A stretch of DNA of 64,000 nt from contig CAVSBT010000039.1 in NCBI GenBank assembly GCA_963726245.1, positions 19,840-83,839 of the forward strand. Reading direction: 5' to 3'. A program made the translations under genes and the position numbers. Shown here in pieces: positions 51,112 to 61,420 of the stretch. The notes beneath the pieces were generated by a model, which saw nothing but the letters and a program-made list of their open reading frames with translations, made no database searches and was not told where the DNA came from. This DNA comes from an uncultured Chloroflexia bacterium. Its GTDB lineage: Bacteria; Chloroflexota; Dehalococcoidia; DSTF01; JALHUB01. Within the stretch, counting starts at the first letter, position 1. Each line of letters begins with the position of its first letter.

Positions 51112-52056
51112 ATGGAGATGGACGATGTCCTGGAGATGGGCCGGCGGCTGCGCAACTGGGGCCGCTGGGGTCCGGAGGACGAACTCGGCACTCTCAACTT
51201 CATCACGCCGGAGAAGATCGCCCGGGCCTGCAGCCTGGTGAAGCGAGGCAAAGCCTTCGCTCTGGCTATCCCCTTCGATAGCCAGGGCCCTCAGACCGGT
51301 TTCGGTGGCCGCATCAATCCCATGCGCGTCATGCTGGCCACCGGCGCCGACGCCGCCGCCGGCGCCCAGGACTTCATCCCCGGCGGCTTCCGCTACGCCG
51401 ACGACCTGGTGATCATGCCCCTCCAGTGCGCCACACAGTGGGACTCCCTGGCCCACGTCTTCTACGACGACCAGATGTACAACGGCTACGACGCCCGCAT
51501 GGTGACCGCCCACGGCGCCGCCCGCAACAGCATCGACAAGATGAAGGACCGCATCGTCTCCCGTGGCGTACTGCTGGACATCCCCCGCCACAAGGGCCTC
51601 GACTGGCTGGAGCCGGGCTACCCTATCACTCCGGAGGACCTGGAAGGCGCCGCCGCCCGCCAGGGGGTGGCAGTCGAGGCCGGCGACATCCTGCTGGTTC
51701 GCACCGGACACATGGCCCTCTGCCACTCGCGGGGGAGCTGGGAGGGCTTCGCCGGCGGCGATGCCCCCGGCCTCGCCCTGAGCACGGCCCCCTGGCTGCA
51801 CGAGAAGCAGGTGGCCGGGGTCGCCACCGACACCTGGGGCGTCGAGGTGCGCCCCAACGAGCCGCCCAACAGCTTCCAGCCTCTGCACATGGTCCTCATC
51901 CGGGACATGGGGCTGCTGCTGGGGGAGATCTTCCACCTCGATGAGCTGGCCGAGGACTGCGCCGCCGACGGCGCCTACGAGTTCCTGCTGGTCGCGCCGC
52001 CCATCCCCTTCACGGGCGCCGTGGGCTCGCCGGTGAACCCCATCGCTTTGAAGTAG
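51112..52056 (+). CDS. Cyclase family (kynurenine formamidase-like) metal hydrolase
   Basis: NWGRWGPEDELGTLN, TQWDSLAH, RGVLLD, GDILLVRTG, GSPVNPIA. Confidence 0.92.
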   Translation: MEMDDVLEMGRRLRNWGRWGPEDELGTLNFITPEKIARACSLVKRGKAFALAIPFDSQGPQTGFGGRINPMRVMLATGADAAAGAQDFIPGGFRYADDLVIMPLQCATQWDSLAHVFYDDQMYNGYDARMVTAHGAARNSIDKMKDRIVSRGVLLDIPRHKGLDWLEPGYPITPEDLEGAAARQGVAVEAGDILLVRTGHMALCHSRGSWEGFAGGDAPGLALSTAPWLHEKQVAGVATDTWGVEVRPNEPPNSFQPLHMVLIRDMGLLLGEIFHLDELAEDCAADGAYEFLLVAPPIPFTGAVGSPVNPIALK

Positions 52057-52063
52057 CTAGCGC

Positions 52064-52760
52064 ATGGGACGTGCCATCTCTACCCAGCCTGACCCTGAGG
52101 TCGTGCAGACCTCCTTTCGAGGGATCCGGCCCGCTCTCTTCGACTTCTTCACAGCCGCGCCGAGCCGCCAGTTCCGCGCGGTGGCCGTGAAGCGCCTCGC
52201 CCTGCAGCCGGGGGACGCCGTCATCGACCTGGGGTGCGGCACCGGCCTCAGCCTGCCGCTGCTGGTGGATGCCGTTGGGCCCGGAGGACAGGTCATCGGC
52301 GTCGACGCCAGCCCGCACATGCTGGCCCGCGCCCGCCGGCGAGTCGAGGCGGCCGGCTGGCGAGGCGTAGAGCTGGTGGAGGCCTTCGCCCAGGACTTTC
52401 AGCCGCCGTCGCCCGTCGACGGCGTGCTGGCCGGCAACGTCAACCAGCTCATCTGCTCGCCGGAGGTGGTGCGCAACGCCGTCGACCTGGCTGAAGCCGG
52501 GGGGACGCTTCGTGGCGACGGGCAGCCGCCAGGGCCCCGGGTTCGGAGGCTTCCTGCGAGCCCTCCTCCTGCGGGTCACGGTCCCGCTTATGCAGCGGGA
52601 GCGGTCGGCCGTGCGCTGGATCCTGCAGGAGCGGCCCTGGCAGGAGCTGGAGCGGGCGCTGGGGCCGCTTGAAATCGAGTATTACCTGGCGGGCGCCGCC
52701 TTCGTGGCCTGGGCGGTCAAGTCGCCCGCTTCTGACCCTGCGCCTCCCGGCTGCGGATGA
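52064..52760 (+). CDS. Class I SAM-dependent methyltransferase (apparent frameshift near 52490)
   Basis: VIDLGCGTG, VIGVDAS; continues in ORF 52512..52760. Confidence 0.8.
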
Positions 52761-53220
52761 GGAGGACGGGCGTCCCTGCCTGGCGGAGGACCTGGTCGGC
52801 GACGCTGCCGTAGACGACCCGGCTTAGCCCGCTGCGGCCGTGCGTCGACATGGCGATGAGGTCCATCCCGTGTTGGTGGGCGAAGTCCACAATGGCGTCG
52901 CCTGCCGTGCCCTCCACGATCTCCGTCCGCACCTCGGTCTTCTCGGCCTTCAGGCGCTCGGCGACCGCCGCCAGGTAGGAGCGCGCGTCCTCGCGCTCCG
53001 CCCTCAGCGCCTCGGAAGCAGCCTCCAGGCCGACGGCGGCGGCTGCGCCGCTGGGCTCCATGCCGACAGGCATGGCCTCGGTCACCAGCTTGGAGAGGGG
53101 CGCTATGACCTGGATCAGGGTCACCTCCGACTCGAACCGCCGCGCCAGCTCCTGCACGTAGGGCAGGACCACCTCCGCCGGCTTCGAGCCGTCCAGGGGC
53201 ACCAGTATCTTGCCGTACAC
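52717..53220 (-). CDS. Universal stress protein
   Basis: [28 protein letters not shown]. Confidence 0.93.
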   Translation of the reverse strand: MYGKILVPLDGSKPAEVVLPYVQELARRFESEVTLIQVIAPLSKLVTEAMPVGMEPSGAAAAVGLEAASEALRAEREDARSYLAAVAERLKAEKTEVRTEIVEGTAGDAIVDFAHQHGMDLIAMSTHGRSGLSRVVYGSVADQVLRQAGTPVLLIRSREAQGQKRAT

Positions 53221-53433
53221 GAAGCCCCCCTTGCTGAGTTCCGGGCGCCCGCGAGGGGGCGCCGCTACGATGCCGCCGGGCCGACTCATCTCCCACGCCG
53301 AGGGCATTGTAGGGGCATCTCGCGCGCGCCGCTCGCAACAGGGCGATATCTACAGCCGGCGCTTGCCGAATCTTCCCCCCTTGCCGTAGGATTTCAGGTA
53401 CACGTTATTTCAAGCTGGAAGGTGCGATTCGCC

Positions 53434-55120
53434 ATGGCCATGCGATCCGACATCATCAAGAAGGGCTTCGAGCGGGCGCCGCACCGCAGCCTGCTGCGCG
53501 CTACCGGCGTGGTCCGCCGCCCCGCGGACTTCGACAAGCCGTTCATCGCCATCGTCAACTCCTACGTCGACATCATCCCCGGCCACGCCCACCTGCAGGA
53601 GGTGGGACGGGTGGTGAAGCAGGCCGTGCGCGAGGCCGGCGGCGTGCCCTTCGAGTTCAACACCATCGGCGTGGACGACGGCATCGCCATGGGCCACTTC
53701 GGCATGAAGTACTCCCTCCCCAGCCGCGAGCTGATCGCCGACAGCGTGGAGACGATGGTCGCCGCCCACTGCTTCGACGGCATGATCTGCATCCCCAACT
53801 GCGACAAGATCGTGCCCGGCATGCTCATGGCCGCCATGCGGCTGAACATCCCCACGATCTTCGTCAGCGGCGGGCCGATGACGGCCGGCCGCCTGAGCGA
53901 CGGCCGCGTCGTGGACCTGATCTCCGTCTTCGAGGGCGTGGGCGCCTACCGGGCGGGCCGCATCGCCGACAGCGAGCTGCAAGAGCTGGAGGAGTAGGGC
54001 TGCCCCAGCTGCGGCTCCTGCTCCGGCATGTTCACCGCCAACTCCATGAACTGCCTCTGCGAGGCGCTGGGCATGGCCCTGCCCGGCAACGGCACCATCC
54101 TGGCCCAGACCGAGGAGCGGCTGGAGCTCTACCGGCAGGCGGCGCGGCAGATAATGCGCCTGCTGGAGGCGGACCTCACCACGCGCGACATCGTCACGCC
54201 GGAGGCGATCGACAACGCCTTCGCGCTGGACATGGCCATGGGCGGCTCGACCAACACCGTCCTCCACACCCTGGCCCTGGCCCACGAGGGCGGCGTCGAG
54301 TACCCGCTGGCCCGCCTCAACGAGGTGGCCGCCCGCGTGCCCAACATCTGCAAGGTCTCGCCCGCCTCGAACGTCCACATCGAGGACGTGGACCGCGCCG
54401 GCGGCGTCAGCGCCATCCTCCACGAGCTCACCCGCAAGCCGGGCGTGCTCGACGAGAGCCAGCGCACGGTCACCCTCAAGACCCTGGGCGAGAACGTGGC
54501 CCAGGCGCAGGTGCGCGACCCCGAGGTCATCCGGCCCATCGAGAACCCCTACAGCCCGACGGGCGGCCTGGCCATCCTCTTCGGCAACCTGGCGCCGGAA
54601 GGGGCGGTGGTCAAGGCCGGCGCCGTCGACCCGGCGATGCTGGTCTTCGAGGGCCGGGCCCGCGTCTTCGACTCGGAGGAGGAGGCGAACGAGGCCATCA
54701 TGGGCAAGCAGATCAGGCCCGGCGACGTGGTGGTCATCCGCTACGAGGGGCCGAAGGGCGGGCCGGGCATGCAGGAGATGCTCGCCCACCTCCGCCATCG
54801 TCGGGATGGGCCTGGGCGACCAGGTGGCCCTCATCACCGACGGCCGCTTCTCCGGCGGCACCCGCGGCGCCTGCATCGGCCACGTCTCGCCCGAGGCGGC
54901 GGCGGGCGGGCCCATCGCCGCCCTCCGCGACGGCGACGCCGTCCACATCGACATCCCCAACCACCGGCTGGAGGTGGACCTCTCGGACGCCGAGATCGAG
55001 CAGCGCCTGGCGGAGGCGAAGCCGCCCCGGCGCGAGATACCCAGTCGCTGGCTGCGCCGCTACGCCAGCCTGGTCACCAGCGCCAACACGGGCGCCGTGA
55101 TGCGCGAGCCGGGGGAGTAG
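53434..55120 (+). CDS. ilvD: Dihydroxy-acid dehydratase (in-frame TAG at 53995 and frameshift near 54785)
   Basis: [49 protein letters not shown]. Confidence 0.92.
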
Positions 55121-55172
55121 GGGAGCCGGCAGGCTATCCGTCGACTTCGCTGCAGTACAGCAGGAAGAAGCG

Positions 55173-56540
55173 CTAGTCGCCTGAGAAGCGATAGCGCGCC
55201 TCTGCCCGCCCTCGCCCTCACGCGCCCACGACCGCGCCGCCGCCGCCAGAGTCACCAGGCCGTACGCCGCCAGCACGGTGAAGACCGGGATGAGGGGCAG
55301 GTGGTAGCGGGAGTCGGCGATCATCAGCGTCTCGTTGAGGGTCCAGAGCGCCACCGTCCAAGCCAGCAGCACCACCGCCGGACGCCTCCGCGACCAGCCG
55401 GCTACGGCGCCGACGCCCGCCAGCCCCAGCACGGCGAAGTAGTAGCCGTTCGCCACCCACTGGAGGATGGTGCGCAGAGGCTCGTCGAGGCGCCGGCCGC
55501 TCAAGAACCCTTCGACGTGGGTCAGGAAGTCATCGTCGCGGTCATAGAGGGCCTTGAGATTGGATCCCGCCACCAGCACCTCGCGCCAGGGCTTGGTCAG
55601 CGCCAGCTTCAGCCCCTCTCGCCAGCCGAGGCTGTTGGTCTTCACCTCAATCTCTTTGGGGGAGAGGCCCAGGTAGGGCGCCTGGAGCTTGTCGATGGCC
55701 GCCGCGCGCTCCATCGTGCCGGCGTAGCGGCCCATGAGGAAGTTGCCGCCGATGTTGGAGCTGAGAAGGATGGGGCTGTCCATGACCAGGTAGTTTCGCA
55801 CCGACCAGGGCAGCACTATCGCCGCCATCCCCACTACGACGAGGGCGCCGTTCCTGAGGGCTGCCCGCCAGTCGGCCCAGGCGAGCGCCCAGAAGGGCAG
55901 GATCATGAGTGGGACGAAGAGCGCCTCGCCCCGCACCAGGGTCGCCAGTCCGGCCGTTAGGCCGGTCGCCGCCACCAGCAGGGCACGGCGTCGCGCTCGG
56001 AGGCGTGCTGCCAGGACGGCCAGGAGCAGAGCCGCTACGAAGAGGAAGGTGAACAGCACCTCGGACATGAGCGCGGGGACGAAGAGCGCCTGCCCCGGAA
56101 AGAGGGCCAGGATGAGGCCCGCCGCCAGTCCTACCCTCCAGCCTAGTAGAAGGCCGCCCAGAGCGAAGGCCAGCACGCAGGTCGCTGCGCCCAGGATCAC
56201 GTTGGCCGTCTCGCCCGCCTGCGGGTCGGGGCCGAAGGCCTTGTAGAGGCCGCCCAGGAAGAAGGGGTAGCCGGGCGGAAATAGCGCCGTGCTGTCCCCC
56301 GACATGAAGCTGACGTAGCCTCTGCCCTCGGCCACGGAGCGCGCGGCGTAGTGGTAGAAGAGCGAATCGTCGAAGCGGCCGTCGGTGGGGTCGGCGTCCG
56401 CGTAGCCCGCCCAGAGGGCCCGCGCGCCGAGAGCGAGGGCGAACACGGCCAGGCCGGCGGCGGCCCACAACAGGTAGCGGCGGCGCGGCGATTCCTCCGC
56501 GAGACCGGGGCTTGCTGCCGGAGCCGTCAAGGTATTCAGG
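55173..56540 (-). CDS. GT-C fold glycosyltransferase (family 39/ArnT-like); ends approximate
   Basis: FDD..Y, PPGYP, MSEVLF, LVRG, PWSVRN; multiple TM; ORF read-through into ilvD is probably an indel artefact. Confidence 0.8.
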
Positions 56541-56566
56541 TCGCTCCTCCTGCCGCGCAGCCGCGC

Positions 56567-56636
56567 GCCCTTCGACAAGCTCAGGGTGCGCGGTTCTCAG
56601 ATTCCGCTCATGGTGAGCGTGTCGAACCATGAGCGG
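56567..56636. repeat. REP-like element with two inverted TTCGACA(A/C)GCTCA units
   Basis: GCCCTTCGACAAGCTCAGGGTGCGC..CCGCTCATGGTGAGCGTGTCGAACCATGAGCGG. Confidence 0.85.
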
Positions 56637-56650
56637 CCCGCTTGGGTCGG

Positions 56651-57294
56651 TCAACGGGGCGCATCAGACCGGCCGGGCGACGCCAACCAGAAGAGGTATG
56701 CCGGGCCCCATGACGTGTCGCTGGAGCTCCACGAACTGAAAGCCCGCCTCGACGATGGCCTCTCCCGTGCGCCGGTTGACGTGACAGCCGTTGCCGAAGT
56801 AACCCCAGAAGGGCGCGATGGCGTCCTGCACCAGCCCACGCAGGCCTCCATCGAAGCGAACGTGCTCGATAAGCCGCAGGCTGCCGCCGGGCCTGAGCAC
56901 CCGCCTCGCCTCGAGGAGGGCGCGCCGCAAGTCCTGCACGGTGCAGAGTACCAGGACGCTCACCACGTGGTCGAAACCGCCGTCCTCGAAGGGCAGCTCC
57001 TCCGCCGCGTGCTGGCGGAGCTCAACGTGGCCCAGGCCCAGCTCTTCCAGGCGCTTGCCGGCCCGCGCCAGCATGAACGGGTCGGGCTCCGTGGCCACCA
57101 CTTCGGCTGCCTTCTGATAGTAGGGGAAGCTGTGGCCGGTGCCGGCGCCTATCTCCAGCACGCGCCCCTCCGCCTCTCCCACAATGTAGGAGAGGTGGCC
57201 GTCGCATCCACTTGTCGTTCCTCCGGTCGAGGAGGCCATACACGGCGGCGTGCCACCGACGCCCCTTGAACTCGTGACTGGCACCGCCGGTCAT
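56651..57294 (-). CDS. Class I SAM-dependent methyltransferase (apparent frameshifts)
   Basis: VLEIGAGTG, AEELPFED..FD, LVLCTV, LRPGG..EHV, GCHVNR. Confidence 0.82.
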
Positions 57295-57305
57295 GGTTGC
57301 GGCCC

Positions 57306-58061
57306 CTAGCGGAAGAGGTCTTTATCGGGGTCGCGCACCAGGTCGCGGCCGAGGCCCGAGCCGGCCTCGAAGCGATAGCCGCGGATGAGAGCGGCAGGGA
57401 TGCGCTCCAGCTTGCCGGTCACCAGCTCGGCGGCCGACGCCAGCTCGTCGGCCACAGCCACCTGCGTGACCCGCAGCTCGTAGCCGTAGGGGTCTCGCTG
57501 GCCGGCGTAGTCTTTGAGGGCCACCAGGCCCGCCACGCCGATGGCCACCTCGTCGGTGCCCTCGCGCCAGGGCCGGCCGAAGGTATCGGAGATGACGACG
57601 GCCACTCGGGCGCCGGCGCGCTCCTCGATCGCCCGGCGCAGGGCCTCGGCCGAGCGGTCCGGGTCCTCCGGCAGCAGGATGAGGAGACCGGGGCCGCCGG
57701 CGTTGGAGGCGTCGACGCCGGCGTTAGCGCAGATGAAGCCGTGGTGGGTCTCGGTAATGATGACGCCGCGGTCCATGCGCACTATGCGGCGGCTCTCGCG
57801 CAGCACCACCTCAACGTGGCGGGCGCTCTTCCCCGTCTCCTCCGCTACCTTTCGGGCGAAGCTCGACGGCTCGACGGTGTGCAGGGCGACCACGCGGCCC
57901 TCTGCCTTGGACACCACCTTCTGAGTCACCACCAGCACGTCGCCATCGATGGGCGGCGTCTCCTGGCGACGGGCGGCGTCCAGGATGAGCGCCGCCAGGT
58001 CGTCGCCCTCGCACACCTCAGGGATGCCGGCGATGCCGATGACGCGGACTTCAGCGGTCAA
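57306..58061 (-). CDS. cofE: Coenzyme F420-0:L-glutamate ligase
   Basis: TQKVVSKAEG, CANAGVDASN, DTFGRPWREG, ADELA, DLFR. Confidence 0.95.
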   Translation of the reverse strand: MTAEVRVIGIAGIPEVCEGDDLAALILDAARRQETPPIDGDVLVVTQKVVSKAEGRVVALHTVEPSSFARKVAEETGKSARHVEVVLRESRRIVRMDRGVIITETHHGFICANAGVDASNAGGPGLLILLPEDPDRSAEALRRAIEERAGARVAVVISDTFGRPWREGTDEVAIGVAGLVALKDYAGQRDPYGYELRVTQVAVADELASAAELVTGKLERIPAALIRGYRFEAGSGLGRDLVRDPDKDLFR

Positions 58062-58732
58062 GAGGAGCTCCGGGAGGCCCGCCGCCCCTCCAGCCCGACG
58101 ATGCGGATGCCGGTCTCCGCCTTGTGGACGCGGTTCAGGTTCAGGAGGAGGACGGTGATCTGCTCCACGTAGCGGGCGTTGGCCAGCCCCCCGCCGTCGA
58201 CGGCGCGGAGGCCGGGGATCTTCTCAGCCAGGGCCATGGCGGTCGCCTTGGCCTCCGGGTCGTCGCCGCAGACCAGGATATCGCCCTCGATGACGGTGTC
58301 GCCCTCCTGGAGCTTGCGGGCGCTCAGGGTGTGGAAGGCGGCCACCAGCCGGGAGCGCGGCAGGAGCCCTTGCGCCTCCTGGGCGGCGGAGCCGTCCTCC
58401 ACCGAGACGGCGCGGGCCTGTCCCTTCTCGAAGGTGACGGGCACCACCGCATCCACCACCACCTTCCCCTCCAGGGCACCGGCCAGCTCAGACAGGACGG
58501 AGCGATGGCCATCGTAGGGCACGGTGACGAAGACAACGCCGGCTTCGGCGACAGCCTCGCGGTTGAGGGCGCCGCGGACGCGGGCCGAAGGCCGGCGTTC
58601 CCGCACCCAGGCGGCGGCGGCTTCGGCGCGCTCCAGCTTACGGGAGCCGATGACCACCTCTTCGCCGGCCACCGCCAGGCGAAGAGCCAGCCCCAGCCCC
58701 TCGGGCCCAGTGCCCCCAATGAAGGCAATCAT
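58058..58732 (-). CDS. npdG: NADPH-dependent F420 reductase
   Basis: IGGTGPEGLGLA, IGSR, VTVPY, GSAAQ, AAFH, AVDGGGL. Confidence 0.92.
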   Translation of the reverse strand: MIAFIGGTGPEGLGLALRLAVAGEEVVIGSRKLERAEAAAAWVRERRPSARVRGALNREAVAEAGVVFVTVPYDGHRSVLSELAGALEGKVVVDAVVPVTFEKGQARAVSVEDGSAAQEAQGLLPRSRLVAAFHTLSARKLQEGDTVIEGDILVCGDDPEAKATAMALAEKIPGLRAVDGGGLANARYVEQITVLLLNLNRVHKAETGIRIVGLEGRRASRSSS

Positions 58733-58823
58733 AGGTGAGAGAACCTGTCCTGCTCGGAAGTGGCCTAAGCCTAGCAAGCGCGCCCGAAGAGGTCAAGGAG
58801 AGCGGTAATCGCACAACTCCAGA

Positions 58824-58853
58824 TTGACTTGGCTTGGGGGCTCCATCTATAAT
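58824..58853 (+). promoter_or_regulatory. sigma70 promoter of rpsF-ssb-rpsR
   Basis: TTGACT-N18-TATAAT. Confidence 0.8.
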
Positions 58854-58958
58854 GAGGGCCGCCGAGAAGCGAGAGCGAGCCCGGCCCCCGCTACCGGGGA
58901 AAACAGCCGGGCGCGTTTTTCTGTCGCCCTTTGAGAGCGAATGTCTGGGGGTGGTCGA

Positions 58959-59246
58959 TTGCGCGACTACGAGCTAGTGGTCATCCTGAGCCCGGAACTG
59001 GACGAGGAGGACCTCCCTGCTGCCATCGATAGGTTTAGCCAGTTGATAGCAGACCGTGGTGGTGAGGTGAAGGAGATCAATCGCTGGGGCCGCAGGAAGC
59101 TGGCCTACCCCATAAAGAGATTCGTAGAGGGGAACTACTTGGTCACCCAGGTGAGACTGGACCCAAACCGCACCTCGGATGTGGAAGCGGGGCTGCGTAT
59201 CTCGGAAGAGGTGCTGCGTCACCTGTTGGTACGCGTGGGCGACTAG
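58959..59246 (+). CDS. rpsF: 30S ribosomal protein S6
   Basis: TTG start giving MRDYE; WGRRKLAYPI, VLRHL. Confidence 0.96.
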   Translation: MRDYELVVILSPELDEEDLPAAIDRFSQLIADRGGEVKEINRWGRRKLAYPIKRFVEGNYLVTQVRLDPNRTSDVEAGLRISEEVLRHLLVRVGD

Positions 59247-59287
59247 GTCCGGCCGGCCGCTGCGCTCCGTGGAAGGAGTTTGACGAG

Positions 59288-59713
59288 ATGGCGGGCCTCA
59301 ACAAGGTAATGCTCATCGGTAACGTAGGCACCGACCCGGAGATGCGCTACACGGCCAACGGCAACGCCGTGACCACCTTCCGACTTGCCTGCAGCCGCAA
59401 CTACACCACCCCCGATGGCGAGCGCAAGGAAGAGACCGAGTGGTTCAGCGTCGTCACCTGGAGCAAGCTGGCCGAGACCTGCAGCCAGTTCCTCCAGAAG
59501 GGGCGTCGCGCTTACGTGGAGGGGCGTCTGCAGACCCGTAGCTGGGAGGGCGCCGACGGCCAGCGCCGTTTTCGCACCGAGGTGATAGCCAACAGCGTCC
59601 TCTTCCTCGATCGGGTGCAGGCGGCGCCTCTGCAAGAGGAGACCGCAGCCGCTCCGGTGAGCGTGAGCGAGGCCGCGGAACAGGTGGACCCCGATGACCT
59701 CCCCTTCGAGTGA
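59288..59713 (+). CDS. ssb: Single-stranded DNA-binding protein
   Basis: LNKVMLIGN, VEGRLQTRSW, C-terminal DDLPF. Confidence 0.97.
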   Translation: MAGLNKVMLIGNVGTDPEMRYTANGNAVTTFRLACSRNYTTPDGERKEETEWFSVVTWSKLAETCSQFLQKGRRAYVEGRLQTRSWEGADGQRRFRTEVIANSVLFLDRVQAAPLQEETAAAPVSVSEAAEQVDPDDLPFE

Positions 59714-59740
59714 GTTGTCTGACCGAGGAGATGTGTTCGC

Positions 59741-60289
59741 ATGAACGAGGCGACCGAGAATCCCGAGGCGGCCGAGAGCCCGCCTGCCGAGGAGCAACCC
59801 CAGAGCGCGCCGAAGCGGAGGGCCTCGGCAGCCGCTGAGGGGAGGGCGACCAGACGGCCGCCCGTCGCGGCGGACGCGGCCGAGACCCAGACGGAAGCGA
59901 CGGTCGAAGACGAGCCGCCCGTGGCGGACCTGCCTCCTGTCGCTCGCGAAGAGGCTGCTCCCTTTGTCGAGGCGGGCCGGCCTGCCGGGCCGCCGGGTCC
60001 CGCCGGTGCGGGCAGGCCCGATAAGCGGAGACACGGTCGCTATCCCCCCAGGCGTAAGGTCTGCGCCTTCTGCGTCGACCACGTCGCCACGATCGACTAC
60101 AAGGACGTCGGCAAGCTCCGTCGGTACCTGTCGGACCGGGGTAAGATCGAGCCGCGGCGCAAGACAGGCACCTGCGCCAAGCATCAGCGCCGTCTCACCA
60201 TGGCCCTCAAGCGGGCCCGGCACATAGCCCTCCTGCCCTACACCGCGGAACACATCCGCCTCACGGGAGCGTTCGTGCCCCGTAGTTGA
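59741..60289 (+). CDS. rpsR: 30S ribosomal protein S18 (Zn-binding type) with long N-terminal extension
   Basis: [39 protein letters not shown]; GAGGAG before the ATG at 59741. Confidence 0.93.
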   Translation: MNEATENPEAAESPPAEEQPQSAPKRRASAAAEGRATRRPPVAADAAETQTEATVEDEPPVADLPPVAREEAAPFVEAGRPAGPPGPAGAGRPDKRRHGRYPPRRKVCAFCVDHVATIDYKDVGKLRRYLSDRGKIEPRRKTGTCAKHQRRLTMALKRARHIALLPYTAEHIRLTGAFVPRS

Positions 60290-60402
60290 TCGTTCGACGG
60301 GGGGCGGGGAGAATGATCTTGATTCCCGCCCCTTCGCCATCTCTCTGGCCCCGGCCCGGGGGCGGGCTTGTTGCCCGGACCGAGAGGCCCATGGAGTGAA
60401 TC

Positions 60403-61419
60403 TTGCCAAAGAGAAGCCGTGTTCCCCCTGTCATCCGCCCCGGTTCCCGCAAGCCCACGACGCGCTGGGATGAGGAACGGCGCGGCCAGCTCCTCGTCAT
60501 AGCCCTGGGCGCTTCGGTTGTCATCGTCGTGGCGCTCATCGCCCTCTTCGGCTACTACCAGACCAAGGTGCGACCGAAGGGAGAGACAGTCCTCGCGGTC
60601 GGGACGCGCTCCTTCAGTCTCGACTACGTGGAGCGACGCCTTCGCTACGACTTCAGCCAGGGAATCGGCGCCCTCTTCCAGTCGGACCCCACGAGCGCTG
60701 CCACCAACCTCCTGAATGAGATCGAAAACGAGGAGCTACTGCGACAGGGAGCGCCCGCAAAGGGGGTTGACCTCAGCGATGCGGCCATCGACGCCCAGAT
60801 CCGGACCCGGCAGAACGTGCCCGCCACCGCCGATCTCAATACCTTTGCCGCAGCATACCGGCAGGCGGTCCTCGACAGCGGCCTCTCCACGCAGGGATAC
60901 CGGGACGTCGTCGCCGCCGACATCGCGAGCAAGGCCATTCAGGCCATGTTCCTGGCGGATGCTCCCAAGACCGCGGACCAGGTTCGTTTCCGCATCATCG
61001 TTTCAAGCACAGAGGACAAGGCGAAGGCAGCTCTGCAGCGGCTGCAGAACGGGGAGGACTTCGCTGCGGTGGCCACCGCTGTCTCCGAGCACGCCGCCTC
61101 CGCAAAACAGGGGGGCGAGCAGGACTGGACTCCCCGCGGCATCCTGGAACCGGCCCTGGACCAGGCCCTCTTCTCGCTCGACATCGGAAAATTCAGCGAC
61201 ATCATCGCGGGCAACAGCGCGTACTTCATCGTCCAGGTGGAGGAGCGACAGGACCAGCGGGATACGACGGACACCCAGCGGTCCGCGCTGGCCAGCCAGG
61301 CGCAACAGCAATGGATCAAGGGGCTCGCGGACCGCCTGGGGGTGGCCACCACCTTGAGCGACTCGCAGCGCGCCAGCATCCTGAGTTTGGTCCAGAGCGA
61401 AATCCAGAAGGGGCAGTAG
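60403..61419 (+). CDS. Membrane-anchored parvulin-type PPIase (PrsA/SurA-like)
   Basis: N-terminal TM; SurA-N-like helices; GEDFAAVA..S..GG..W..FSL..G..SDII. Confidence 0.82.
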   Translation: MPKRSRVPPVIRPGSRKPTTRWDEERRGQLLVIALGASVVIVVALIALFGYYQTKVRPKGETVLAVGTRSFSLDYVERRLRYDFSQGIGALFQSDPTSAATNLLNEIENEELLRQGAPAKGVDLSDAAIDAQIRTRQNVPATADLNTFAAAYRQAVLDSGLSTQGYRDVVAADIASKAIQAMFLADAPKTADQVRFRIIVSSTEDKAKAALQRLQNGEDFAAVATAVSEHAASAKQGGEQDWTPRGILEPALDQALFSLDIGKFSDIIAGNSAYFIVQVEERQDQRDTTDTQRSALASQAQQQWIKGLADRLGVATTLSDSQRASILSLVQSEIQKGQ

Positions 61420-61420
61420 C

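Noticed and set aside
54734-55172. Real antisense overlap of the glycosyltransferase with ilvD
   Set aside because: The extension is non-protein-like read-through, best explained by an indel near the true stop
58860-58958. S6:S18 autoregulatory leader
   Set aside because: Hairpins are present and the position fits, but the conserved CCG next to the SD stem could not be identified with confidence
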